This document shows, one piece after another, positions 11,902 to 23,429 of a stretch of 64,000 bases of DNA. Under the pieces are notes generated by a model. The model saw only the letters and a program-made list of their open reading frames with translations, was not told the DNA's origin and searched no databases. A program made the translations under genes and the position numbers. Source of the DNA: Macrostomum lignano (taxonomy: Eukaryota); assembly GCA_002269645.1 (NCBI GenBank), contig NIVC01001072.1:62001-126000 (forward strand). The letters run 5' to 3'. Positions within the stretch are counted from its first letter, which is position 1. Each line of letters starts with the position of its first letter.

Positions 11902-14122
11902 ATGCACGTTCCCGTGGCCCTATCAGACGAAGACAGCGTCAGCCAAGACGGCCCGCCTCAGTTGAGCCCCCAGCAACAGCAACCGTCAAGTCTAGTTGCT
12001 GACAGATTTCGCGAGCTTCAAGAATCTTCAGCAGCCGACGCTGACAGTCCGCACAACGGCAATGATGACGATGAAAACAGTGTCGATAGAAAACCGTTCG
12101 ACGATGTCGATCCCGAAGGTACTCTGTCAGCTAATTCGTCGATACAGCAAACTCCGACGCCAACGAATGGGTCGCCAACCTCTCGACCCCTCCGCCGCCG
12201 AACAGGCGACTCGGACGATGACGAAGAGGAGCCAGGTGGTTCCAGCCTGCGTCAGTCTGTAAGTACCTGTAACTCACTGATTAGGTGCAGTTCTGACTGT
12301 CCCACTGACTGACTGACTGACTGACTGACTGACTGACTGACTGACTGACTGACTGACTGACTGACTGACTGACTGACCCACTGACTGACTGACTGACTGA
12401 CTGACTGACTGACTGACTGACTGACTGACTGACTGACTGACTGACCCACTGACTGACTGACTGGCTGACTGACTGACTGACTGACTGACTGACTGACTGA
12501 CTGACTGACTGGCTGACTGACCCACTGACTGACCCACTGACTGTCCCACTGACTGACTGACTGACTGACTGACTGACTGACTGACTGACTGACTGACTGA
12601 CTGACCCACTGACTGACTAACTGACTGACCCACTGACTGACTGACTGACTGACTGACTGACTGACTGACTGACTGACTGACTGACTGGCTGACTGACCCA
12701 CTGACTGACTGACTGACTGACTGACTGACTGACTGACTGACTGGCTGACTGACCCACTGACTGACCCACTGACTGTCCCACTGACTGACTGACTGACTGA
12801 CTGACTGACTGACTGACTGACCCACTGACTGACCCACTGACTGACCCACTGACTGACCCACTGACTGACCCACTGACTGACTGACTGACTGACTGACTGA
12901 CTGACTGACTGACTGTCCCACTGACTGACTGACTGACTGACTGACTGACTGACTGACTGACTGACTGACTGACTGACCCACTGACTGACCCACTGACTGT
13001 CCCACTGACTGACTGACTGACTGACCCACTGACTGACCCACTGACTGACCCACTGACTGACCCACTGACTGACCCACTGACTGACCCACTGACTGACCCA
13101 CTGACTGACCCACTGACTGACCCACTGACTGACCCACTGACTGACCCACTGACTGACCCACTGACTGACCCACTGACTGACCCACTGACTGACCCACTGA
13201 CTGACCCACTGACTGACCCATTTACTGACCCACTGACTGACCCACTGACTGACCCACTGGCTGACCCACTGACTCACTGACGCACTGACTGACATGAGCC
13301 TCTGATCTCTAATCTGAGAATTCATGCGTGTACACTCCGCAGAACTTCGGTGCCGATGCCGCCTCCGCTGCTGACGAAGAGATTCGCGTAACAAAATTCG
13401 AACCCCCGACAGTTCTGTCCAGTCCGCAGCAGCAGCCGCAGCTGTTAGCCGCTAACCCGGCCGCTTCCACCTCTGCGGCTGCTCTGCCTCTGACCAGTTT
13501 CGCCATCCCGGCCCAGATCCAGACTCCGCAAGGCCTCGTCACTGTCAATTTGCTCATCGCTCCCCAAGGCGGCCTGCAGCCAACAGCCGGTGCAGCAGCA
13601 GCGCCTATGGGACTGCAGCAGCAACAGCAGATGCTTCTGTTGCAGCAGCAACTGCAATTACAACAGCAGCAGCAGCAGTTGCTGTTGCAACAGCCAACCA
13701 TCGCGAACGTCCAGTCGGTGACGTCATCAAAGAAGCGACCGCCGGCGCCGCCAGCGTCGGATTCGCCTCCGGCTAAGCGCGCCGCTGAATCAGCTGACCC
13801 ACCGCCTGCCAGCGCCACCCCCAACACCAGCTACAGAGAGGAGAAGCAGCAGCTCTACTCTAATCTGTTGCGCCTATTTGAGAAAGCGCGCAGTCGCGGC
13901 GCGCGCCTCATAGCGGAGCTGCGCTATTTGCGTCGATGCGTTGCCGACAATGAGGTGCTGATTGATCGGCTGGCTGAGTTTGCCAGAGCTCTGGGCTGCA
14001 GCTCTGTTGGAGGCGGCGGCGGCGCCAGACTCAGCTCTGAGACCAAAGCGGAGCTGCTGCAGCTGCTGGCCGAGGCGCGCGAATGTCTAACAGCTGGCGC
14101 TGGCGCCGCTGATGACGAATGA
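11902..14122 (+). CDS. Acidic/Q-rich protein with C-terminal coiled coil, join(11902..12258,13343..14122), ~378 aa; 5' end may extend upstream
   Basis: Donor TCT|GTAAGT (12259) and acceptor CCGCAG| (13342), both phase 0, join two GC-rich ORFs in frame across an (ACTG)n array. C-terminus weakly resembles INO80E/TFPT-type coiled coils. Confidence 0.72.
12293..13292. repeat. (ACTG)n microsatellite with ACCC variants, intronic
   Basis: ~1 kb array seen directly. Confidence 0.97.
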
Positions 14123-14124
14123 GA

Positions 14125-15235
14125 CTGTCAGTGCCATCGGTTCTGCTCGTCAGTGTCTGTTCCTTCAGTGTCAGGTCCCGCTGTTCCTTTAGTGTCAGTT
14201 CCCGCTGTTCCTTTAGTGTCAGTTCCCGCTGTTCCTTTAGTGTCAGTTCCCACTCTTCCTTCAGTGTCAGCTCCCGCTGTTTCTTCAGTGTCAGTTCCTG
14301 CTGTTCCTTCAGTGTCAGTTCCCGCAGTTCCTTCAGTGTCAGTTCCCGCTGTTCCTTCAGTGTGAGTTCCCGCTGTTCCTTCAGTGTCAGTTCCCGCAGT
14401 TCCTTCAGTGTCAGTTCCCGCTGTTCCTTCAGTGTCAGTTCCTGCTGTTCCTTCAGTGTCAGTTCCCGCAGTTCCTTCAGTGTCAGTTCCCGCTGTTCCT
14501 TCAGTGTCAGTTCCCGCTGTTCCTTCAGTGTCAGTTCCCGCTGTTCCTTCAGTGTCAGTTCCTGCTGTTCCTTTAGTGTCAGTTCCCACTCTTCCTTCAG
14601 TGTCAGTTCCCGCTGTTCCTTCAGTGTCAGTTCCCGCTGTTCCTTTAGTGTCAGTTCCCGCTGTTCCTTTAGTGTCAGTTCCCGCTGTTCCTTTAGTGTC
14701 AGTTCCTGCTGTTCCTTCAGTGTCAGTTCCTGCTGTTCCTTCAGTGTCAGTTCCCGCTGTTCCTTTAGTGTCAGTTCCCACTCTTCCTTCAGTGTCAGCT
14801 CCCGCTGTTTCTTCAGTGTCAGTTCCTGCTGTTCCTTCAGTGTCAGTTCCCGCAGTTCCTTCAGTGTCAGTTCCCGCTGTTCCTTCAGTGTCAGTTCCCG
14901 CTGTTCCTTCAGTGTCAGTTCCCGCAGTTCCTTCAGTGTCAGTTCCCGCTGTTCCTTCAGTGTCAGTTCCTGCTGTTCCTTCAGTGTCAGTTCCCGCTGT
15001 TCCTTCAGTGTCAGTTCCCGCTGTTCCTTCAGTGTCAGTTCCCGCTGTTCCTCTAGTGTCAGCTCCCACAGTTCCTTTGGTGTCAGCTCCCGCTGTTCCT
15101 TCAGTGTCAGCTCCCACAGTTCCTTTAGTGTCAGCTCCCGCTGTTTCTTCAGTGTCAGCTCCCACAGTTCCTTTAGTGTCAGCTCCCACTGTTCCTTTGG
15201 TGTCAGCTCCCGCTGTTCCTTCAGTGTCAGCTCCC
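14125..15235. repeat. 24-bp minisatellite (AGTGTCAGTTCCCGCTGTTCCTTC)
   Basis: ~45 units starting right after the stop codon at 14122. Confidence 0.96.
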
Positions 15236-16078
15236 CCTGACCCTCACACTATCAGTAGTTACCTTCTAAACTTAGAATTATGCAGATATTCTAAAATAAT
15301 TTTGTGCCATTATTTGCAAGTTGGCAGCCGGGTAGTTGCTGAATACTCGTAAAATGATTTGATTGCGTTTTTAACAATTAACTGTACAATTGGATGTTGT
15401 ACGCTATTTTATCTTTTTTGCAACAGAAAATGAACATCATTTGTTTATTCGATCAGCATGTAAATATACATGTACGTGCAATTCACATTACTTCGCTTAT
15501 ATTTACTCTGATGTAATTAATAGCGCTATTTTTATTACCACCAACTTGCAACCTCTTGTTTTTACTGGATTTTATATTTTTTGCTTTTAATTATAGTAAG
15601 CAATTACAGGGCATAAATATACGTCAATAAAGTCTCTGTGCCTTGAGGTGGGGCTGGCCCTCATGGCTGGGAATCACGCGTTTACCGTTGAGTTGCTCCG
15701 CCCCCAACCCGCAGTTCAGGTGGTCAGCAACTGTCCCGTGGGGGGGGGGTTCGGTGTCAGATAAAGTTGTCAAGACGATAGTAAAGAAAATAGGTAGTAC
15801 AAACAATCATCGTATGTGGTTGCACCACAGAAAATATTCTGTGGGTTGCACAGTTTTCAAATTGTTTCGTAACCCAGGCAGTCCTTTGATTGTAATTGTT
15901 TAAAATGTGTAGCTTTCTGACAGTTGGAACAGTAAAAATGTTGTCTTATAAACATCGGACACAGTTCATTCAGTCGATCTAGTTAATCGGTGGGGTACAG
16001 TATTGATCGCTTCGGTTGAGAAGTTGACTCTCCAGGCGTTGTCTTCTGTAGTATCCTCTGTAGTTATCCTTGAGTATC

Positions 16079-16849
16079 CTACAGAACCCGTAGGTACTTG
16101 CGCCACTTCCGCTTCTCTTCATCAGTGTCGAAGCCAAGAGGCACAGAGGCGTCGAAGTAGGGCAGGATGAAGCACTCCAGCCTCCAGGGATGCCAGTAGA
16201 ATCCGATGCAGTCCGTCAATGATCCCTGGCTAACACATAAGTAGGCGCACTTTGATATGGCGCGGATTCCGGTCCATTTCAACCAACATCCGGGGTCTAA
16301 CTGGCTGTAGCTTGCAATATGAGTCCGCTTGAACTGCAGCCTCGAAGGCGATGGCTTCTTGAACCCTTCCAGATAGCAGTAGAACGGACGCTTGGCACTG
16401 CAGGACTCGTCTCTGATCCGATTCAGCTTCTTGTAGGTCGTAGCGCAGTCCTGATGTGTTCTGTCGTTTGGCTCAGCAGAGTAGAAGTAGTCATCTGCAG
16501 CGGTGAGCTCCTGACGCGTGTTCAGCCACACCCAGCCAGTCTTGCTGGTGCCCATTTCCTTCAGAGCGTCGGTGAGTCCGACCCACCAAAACATGTCGCC
16601 GAATAGCGAACTTTCTGCCCTCATGGCGTCGAACACCTCCTTGTCGATCATTTCCTCGCCGTTCGCGCGACATGTCTTCACAGCGTTGCAGAAGGTGGCG
16701 CCGTTGGCGTACCATCTGACGCACCAGGACCTGGTTGAGCCATCAATTCGAGTGGTGCCCGACGGGCAAGCGATGGCAGCGCCCGAGATGAATAGGTGAG
16801 CCGTAGCAATCAGTATCACGTACGATAGATGGAATCTTTGACATGGCAT
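16079..16849 (-). CDS. Secreted C-type lectin with C-terminal Cys-rich (PAN/Apple-like) domain, 256 aa, intronless
   Basis: Signal peptide; CTLD motifs WWVGLTD, GWVW, EPND, DC, ESC...PFYC; second domain C..C......C.GFYW.....C. Confidence 0.85.
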   Translation of the reverse strand: MPCQRFHLSYVILIATAHLFISGAAIACPSGTTRIDGSTRSWCVRWYANGATFCNAVKTCRANGEEMIDKEVFDAMRAESSLFGDMFWWVGLTDALKEMGTSKTGWVWLNTRQELTAADDYFYSAEPNDRTHQDCATTYKKLNRIRDESCSAKRPFYCYLEGFKKPSPSRLQFKRTHIASYSQLDPGCWLKWTGIRAISKCAYLCVSQGSLTDCIGFYWHPWRLECFILPYFDASVPLGFDTDEEKRKWRKYLRVL

Positions 16850-17415
16850 GGCTTAGCCTAGACAGGAGCAGTGGGCTGAATAGGCTTCAAAGTCAAATAT
16901 GTAGCAAGATCTAGCTAGCTTATAGGTAGATATACTGCAGATATATCAGCTGTTCACACAGTGAGGCTCAAGTTTTTTTTTAAATCAAACAATCACCCCT
17001 ATCTGTTGAAGGCCTTTTACAAACTCGGTTGAATTCGTTTCAAGTTCAATGCACCTGTGCCAACTATCACTAAGCTTGTTCGGCCATCAATTCGAGTGTG
17101 GTGCCCATAGGACCAAGGGCCATATCGAGAGGCTTTCTGAGGGTGTTTGATACGCGATTCCTTTGCCTAAGCAATTCTCGATGCTTGTGTGTTTTGCTAT
17201 AGCAAATATCTGGAAGCTGTTGACACCGAGGGAGTCAAGCCCTCTCACATCATCACGCCCCTAACACGCTGAGAGATTATCTATTGATCTAACCTCTATC
17301 AACTTGTTTGAGCAAGTGCTCATAAGTCAAGTGCATAATTTTAAAAGCCACAGTTTAGACATTGGTATTCATGGTTAAACTCTTTGAATATAATGAATGG
17401 GCCACTCTGGCCAGG

Positions 17416-20306
17416 TGTTGTGGGTTGATGGCTTTGCCATAGAGATTTTTGTTACGCGACTGCGTTGATGGATTGAACCATGCTATTGAGTTATAAAATA
17501 AAGGATAGACGCGTCAGAGGTCAACAGACCGCTAGACTGACATTTGCCAAATGCTAAAGCCAAAAGCACAACAGTGGCGTCGCAAGCATAGGCTACGAAA
17601 ATGCCTGGAAGTACGCCAGCATCGCCAACTAAAGGAGTTGGTAAAACGGTTTCGAGCGACAAAGCACCACCGCTTGCGATCTCGTCGAAATCAGTCCAAG
17701 CGACAAAGTCGGCAACAGCGACAGCGCAGAACCCAAGCGCACAAGTATCGAGACGACAGCAAGTTGACATCGAAAAACTCGATGAAAGTTCGAACTTCCA
17801 GAGGTGGTTGGACCGATTCACACTGTGCAGCGAAATTAACGGCTGGCAGGACGACACGAAAAACAAGCTGCTGCTGATGAAGCTCAGCACCAAGCTGTAC
17901 GACGCATTGGCAGATCGAGCCGCTCCCAAGAAGCCGGGAGAAAAGAGCTTCGATGAACTGACCAAACCACTGGCCAGCATCCTGGAACCAAAGACGTTCG
18001 TCATGGCTGAGAGATTCAATTTCCAGCATATGACTCGCACGGCATCAATGAGCATTCGTGAGTATGCACAGCAACTCTGCATGCAGGCAGACAAGTGTCA
18101 GTTTGGCCTATCCAGAGATGAGAGACTGAGAGATCAGCTCGTATTCGGTTTGAATGACAAGGTGGCCATCAGCAAGTTATTGGAACAGGACTTCAGCACC
18201 CTCAAGTTTGAGACAGCTATCAACATCGCTGAGGCGCACCAGAACCTATCACAAACGCAAATACTAAAGGGTTGCACCAGTCAGCCGCAGTCTTCTGAAG
18301 TAATGAAAATTTCAGCATCGGTGGCCAGAGGCTCCCACTCTACAAGCTCCAAGTGTGGCAGATGTGGCACAATGCATGGCTCCAATGGAGGGTGTCCTGC
18401 GAAAGGAAAAACGTGCAACAAATGTGGCATGCAAAACCACTTCGCAACAGTTTGCAAAACGAAATCAACTGGTTTTGGCAAAGGCCGAAAATCGTTCAAA
18501 AGCCCGTCAGCATCTGGTCAATTTAGGCGAGCTGCAGTGTGGCCAAGGACCACAAGCTTTGTAGATGCAAGCGAAGCTGAACAGGAGGATTGTTTTCACA
18601 TTCGACATCCCGTTGATAGCTACACCGTGCCTGTTAGGCTCAGACACACGAGCGGGTCGATGCTTAGCGTGAACGCACAAATCGATACTGGGGCAGGAGT
18701 TTCGGTAATGTCAAAAACGATCTGGAAACGATTGGGTTGTCCAAAGCTGACACCTACAGACACTGTTCTGACAACATACGCTGATACGCAGATGAAGGTC
18801 TTTGGAACACACGACACTGAGTTGGAGTACAATGACGAGTTCATTCCAATCACATTCTTCATTGTGGAATCGCAGAGGAACTTTGTTCTGGTTGGCCGAG
18901 ACAAGCTCAATTTCACGCTAAACGCTGTAGACAACAGCTGCACATCGGCAACCCAGTCATGCGAATTTCCACCAGTAACTCTTAAGATCAAGGAAGGAAC
19001 CACTCCAATTCATTGCAAACCCAGGCCGCTACCCTTCGCACTCAGACAGGGAGTCAAGGATGAAATCGATCGGTTGCTTGAAGAAGACACCATCAAGCCC
19101 GTCAAGTTCAGTGAATGGGCCTCACCAATTGTCGTGGTCAAAAAACCTTCTGGAAAGCTCAGACTTTGCGTCGACTACAAGGTGACAATCAATTCTCATC
19201 TTATCAACGATTCATATCCGATGCCTGCACCTGACGAAGTGATTGCAACTGCTGCTGGCAGCCGGATAAACACTCATCTGGACCTAGAGAAAGCTTATCA
19301 CCAGATCCCACTAGATGAAGCTTCCAAAGAGCTGACAGTAATGTCAACACCATTTGGGATGTTCGCTTTCAACAAGCTTCCGTTCGCAGTGAAAAAAGCA
19401 CCTGCGATCTTCCAGCGGTACATTAGCCAAGTCCTACAAGGAATTCCTGGCGTCATTGCCTATGTAGACGACATATTGATATGCGGCAAAGGCGTAGAAC
19501 AATTGGCAGTTCGTGAGACGGAAGTATTGCATCGACTAAACCAGCAAGGATTGAAGATCAACACGGCGAAAAGTGAATTCCGCAAGACTTCGATCAAGTT
19601 TCTAGGCTACTTATTGGAAGGAGATCAGCTCAAGCCGGACCCAGCCAAAGTGAAGGCAATCCAGGACATGACACCACCGCAGAACGTTGGCGAGCTTGAA
19701 TCCTTCCTGGGTCTCGTAAATTTTAGCGGCAAGTTCATCAGAAACCTAGCTGCACTGACCAAGCCTCTCAATCGACTAAGAAAGAAAAATGAGGACTTCG
19801 TGTGGACAAAGGAGTGTCAAATAGCATTTGACGAAATCAAGGTCACTCTCTCTGATCAATCGAGTCTTCAAATATTTGATCCGGAGAAGCCCATTGAACT
19901 GGAATGCGACAGTTCTCAGCGAGCTCTGGGCGGAGTGTTGACACAAAGCGGTCAAGTCGTGCTGTACATGAGCAAGACTCTGTCTGACGCCGAAACAAAA
20001 TATTCGCAAATAGAGCGTGAAGGCCTGGCACTGGTTTGGTGCATTCAAAGATGCCATCGGTTCTTGTATGGCCGGAGGTTCACACTGATAACTGATCACC
20101 GGCCCCTCACATACATATTCGCGCCAGACAAACAGTATAGAAGAGGGAGGGTGTTGTGGGTTGATGGCTTTGCCATAGAGATTTTTGTTACGCGACTGCG
20201 TTGATGAATTGAACCATGCTATTGAGTTATAAAATAAATGATAGACGCGTCAGAGGTCAACAGACCGCTAGACTGACAATTGCTAAAGGCTAAAGCCAAA
20301 AGCACA
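17416..20306 (+). mobile_element. Gypsy/Ty3 LTR retrotransposon with internal deletion of integrase
   Basis: LTRs 17416-17573 (TGTTG...CAACA) and 20152-~20306, ~5 mismatches; PBS-like TGGCG at 17575; polypurine tract AGAAGAGGGAGGG at 20139-20151; no TSD found. Confidence 0.92.
17601..20204 (+). CDS. Gag-protease-RT-RNase H polyprotein, 867 aa, no integrase
   Basis: Gag (AERFNF, LRDQLVFG), zinc knuckles (CGRCG..H; CNKCGMQNHFATVC), protease IDTGA, RT YVDD, RNase H CDSS...YSQIEREGLA...TDHRPL; frame runs into the 3' LTR. Confidence 0.9.
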   Translation: MPGSTPASPTKGVGKTVSSDKAPPLAISSKSVQATKSATATAQNPSAQVSRRQQVDIEKLDESSNFQRWLDRFTLCSEINGWQDDTKNKLLLMKLSTKLYDALADRAAPKKPGEKSFDELTKPLASILEPKTFVMAERFNFQHMTRTASMSIREYAQQLCMQADKCQFGLSRDERLRDQLVFGLNDKVAISKLLEQDFSTLKFETAINIAEAHQNLSQTQILKGCTSQPQSSEVMKISASVARGSHSTSSKCGRCGTMHGSNGGCPAKGKTCNKCGMQNHFATVCKTKSTGFGKGRKSFKSPSASGQFRRAAVWPRTTSFVDASEAEQEDCFHIRHPVDSYTVPVRLRHTSGSMLSVNAQIDTGAGVSVMSKTIWKRLGCPKLTPTDTVLTTYADTQMKVFGTHDTELEYNDEFIPITFFIVESQRNFVLVGRDKLNFTLNAVDNSCTSATQSCEFPPVTLKIKEGTTPIHCKPRPLPFALRQGVKDEIDRLLEEDTIKPVKFSEWASPIVVVKKPSGKLRLCVDYKVTINSHLINDSYPMPAPDEVIATAAGSRINTHLDLEKAYHQIPLDEASKELTVMSTPFGMFAFNKLPFAVKKAPAIFQRYISQVLQGIPGVIAYVDDILICGKGVEQLAVRETEVLHRLNQQGLKINTAKSEFRKTSIKFLGYLLEGDQLKPDPAKVKAIQDMTPPQNVGELESFLGLVNFSGKFIRNLAALTKPLNRLRKKNEDFVWTKECQIAFDEIKVTLSDQSSLQIFDPEKPIELECDSSQRALGGVLTQSGQVVLYMSKTLSDAETKYSQIEREGLALVWCIQRCHRFLYGRRFTLITDHRPLTYIFAPDKQYRRGRVLWVDGFAIEIFVTRLR

Positions 20307-21274
20307 AATAGACTTCTTATTATAAACTCTACTTGATTGGAAGCCCGTAAACATTCCCTACGCTTTGATGCAGCAGAAAGCATCAGATCTAGGTGAAAAA
20401 ATATGCTTTTTTGAATTATATTCTGTATAATTCACGGCATCAAGTTCAGACAGTACAGAACGCTTGCATCAAAATGCGTCCAAAAATTTGCGATAAACTG
20501 AAACTTCCTCCAGTGCAAAAATACCTGTCATCCCTGCATCCCTGCATGGCCCACTCAGCACATTTGCGTGCAAACTATTTTCAGTTCAGTAGTAAATTAA
20601 ACAGAAGCATTTTAATCTATTTTTAAAGCCAAGCATGTATTGGTTCTTACTCCGAGATTCCAGCTTAAACCCTCCAACCGCGCCTTTCACACTACTCCCC
20701 GCCCTGCCCCAATTTTTATTGCCTTTCTCGGAGTTCCAGCCTAAAGCGGCCATGTAGCTACATTTCAGTGGACTGGCTAATGTACACTATTGCTGAACCA
20801 ATTAGCAAGCTGTTTACGCCTGCAAGCTTGGGCTTCTAAACTTATCAAAGTAATTTCAGCTGCCTTTATTTTTATAAAATAGCTTATATATTCTTCTTTG
20901 CTACTGAACTGAAAGTAGAAAGCTGTTTTACAGAGTAAATATGCCTGAGTGGCCCATCTAGTTATTTTAGTATCTGAAGACATCCCTGTCCACGTATATA
21001 CAAGTGCGCCTTACATTTGTTTTAATTAGCGTGTGACACTTTGCTTTGACTAAAAGTTTAACCATGCAGCCATGCAGATTAAGTTTTATTTAACAGATTA
21101 CAAAAATTGTGCAATATAACAAAGGCTAAGTTTTGTTGTATATATTGTTTTGTCTGCTAGTTTTGCTAATGACTAATATAAAACAATTGAATTTGTTTAT
21201 TTGTAATCACGCTTGTTGATTTAATTGATTGATTGCGCACAGTGTCAAGTTGTTCTGCAATCATCATTGCAGTT

Positions 21275-21502
21275 TCAACCGAATAGCGGCTTCATGCCCA
21301 TCATATTCTCCGTGCAGGTGACGCACAATTTAAGAATGCCTAAAATTGATTCGCAGACCGACTGCAGCGCGCTGATGCACACGGAGAACGGCAGCAGCAG
21401 TACGTACAGCCAGGCGATTAGGAATGCGATCGGCCAGGCCAGGAAGATGAGGATGAGAAACCAGATGAAGGCCCAGAGCAGGCCGGGGCACAGGTTAGCC
21501 AT
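21275..21502 (-). CDS. 75-aa hydrophobic Cys-containing membrane microprotein, paralog A
   Basis: ATG-to-stop ORF with long hydrophobic N-terminal half; 54/75 identical to 25064-25291 with conservative substitutions and no indels. Confidence 0.82.
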   Translation of the reverse strand: MANLCPGLLWAFIWFLILIFLAWPIAFLIAWLYVLLLPFSVCISALQSVCESILGILKLCVTCTENMMGMKPLFG

Positions 21503-21639
21503 TTCGCTCTATTTGGTTGGCTAAAAAATGCGAAAAAAATGCATGCAATTATTCATAGTCGGTGTCGCAATTGAAATTAAATGTTCGTCATGTTTGTGCC
21601 TTCAATGGTGATTGACTATAGTACGTCTGCACGTACCTC

Positions 21640-22142
21640 CAGGTGTCACTCGGGAATGAGAGTGCTCAGATGCTTCTGTCTAAAGGTATCACTCGGCAAT
21701 GAGAGTGCTCAGATGCTTCTGTCTAAGGTGTCACTCGGCAATGAGAGTGCTCAGATGCTTTTGTCTAAAGGTATCACTCGGCAATGAGAGTGCTTAGATG
21801 CTTCTGCCTAAGGTGTCACTCGGCAATGAGAGTGCTCAGATGCTTCTGTCTAAGGTGTCACTCGGCAATGAGAGTGCTCAGATGCTTCTGTCTAAGGTGT
21901 CACTCGGCAATGAGAGTGCTCAGATGCTTTTGTCTAAAGGTATCACTCGGCAATGAGAGTGCTTAGATGCTTCTGCCTAAGGTGTCACTCGGCAATGAGA
22001 GTGCTCAGATGCTTCTGTCTAAGGTGTCACTCGGCAATGAGAGTGCTCAGATGCTTCTGTCTAAGGTGTCACTCGGCAATGAGAGTGCTCAGATGCTTCT
22101 GTCTAAGGTGTTACTCGGCAATGAGAGTGCTCAGATGCTTCT
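21640..22142. repeat. 42-bp minisatellite (TCTAAGGTGTCACTCGGCAATGAGAGTGCTCAGATGCTTCTG)
   Basis: ~12 units; probably within a 5'-UTR intron of paralog A. Confidence 0.93.
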
Positions 22143-23429
22143 ACCTCCTAATTGGTGCTACGGTGTTTAAGTATTCAGCGGCTAAATTCTCATGCATCAC
22201 TATAACTGATGAAAATTGACTAAAGTCCATATCAAAGATGTCCCAAAGATGTACAAAGATTTAATAATTAAACTGATTTACATGTTTTATTACCTTTAAA
22301 ACTCGAAAGACTCACGAAAGCAGACGGTAAATTGTCGATTTTAGCAACAGACTCCACTAGAAATTAGTTTGCGAGGATTTTTTTCGCCAGTGCAATCAGC
22401 TAAAAATGTAGCTGTTATAAAATCGCTAGCTGCATGTAATTTTCAGAGTCAGCTCGATTCGAGAATTGAGTGAATCGCTAATTTACGCAGTGTAGGCTCC
22501 AACCAAACCTTTAGGGAAGAGATATCTGCAGATAAGATCGTAAGATCGTATGCAAAAAAAAAATTTGTGCAATTCAGTTACTTTGGTCTCTTGCCTTATC
22601 TTCCTGTAACCATTTTCACATGCCTAGCCTATATACATGTATAACGTACATGCACACACACAGGACTGTGCTCAGAGATACCTGTAAAACGGCAAATACA
22701 AATGCACTGATTTTGTTTCTGTTGCAGCTTGACTCGACGAGTGATATTATGAGGGCGAGGGAGTCTTGTTGAAATGTAGATTTCAACTTTGACTTTAACT
22801 ATATAGCATAAAGTGGAGATCACTTCAAAGGGGAGCCGCGCCTTTTTTGGTCAGAAAAGCAGGCCTTCTCGTTCCAAAGCGATTCCGATTTTATAGTTGT
22901 ACCATGCAGGGTTCCTATCTTCCTATTTTCTAATGCAAACATTTTTCGCTTTTTTTGAAGAAATAGAAACGAAAAAATTGCGAAAGAAAAACTCACGTTT
23001 ATTTAATCTCTGATATGAATTGCCGTTTACAGATTTATTGGCAACAAAACGCACACTGTTGAGGCAGGAGACCAGCTCAGCGGTACATGTAAATACCTCT
23101 GACTTTCAACCGTTTTTGCATTGCGAAATCAATTATAGAGGAAGTCCCAAGCACTGGGCGGTTCGCAAATGTTCAGAAATTTCCAAATCTCGTCCTCTCT
23201 GCACCCTTTCTTGCTAGGCTCCTATACTTTTTGGTTTGCTAGTTCGGTGGGGCGTTTCGGCCCGCGCTGACCCAAATGTGCGCGCGTCCATCTCTAGCTG
23301 ATGCTCGGGACTTTTCGGCCAAGTTTTCCCTCTTCACTCTATACACCACTTTGGTCCATCCACAATGCAACAGAACTTTTATTTGGCCATCGGGAGTCTT
23401 TTCCATTGCAGAGGCGTCGCAATGGGATT

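Noticed and set aside
12252-15352. SQSV, SVSSRCSF, GTDTE and VPAVPS long ORFs as mucin- or adhesive-like proteins
   Set aside because: Stop-free tandem repeats open in several frames on both strands, with no signal peptide or unique domain.
17405-20315. Target-site duplication for the Gypsy element
   Set aside because: Left flank CCAGG does not match AATAG or GACTT on the right.
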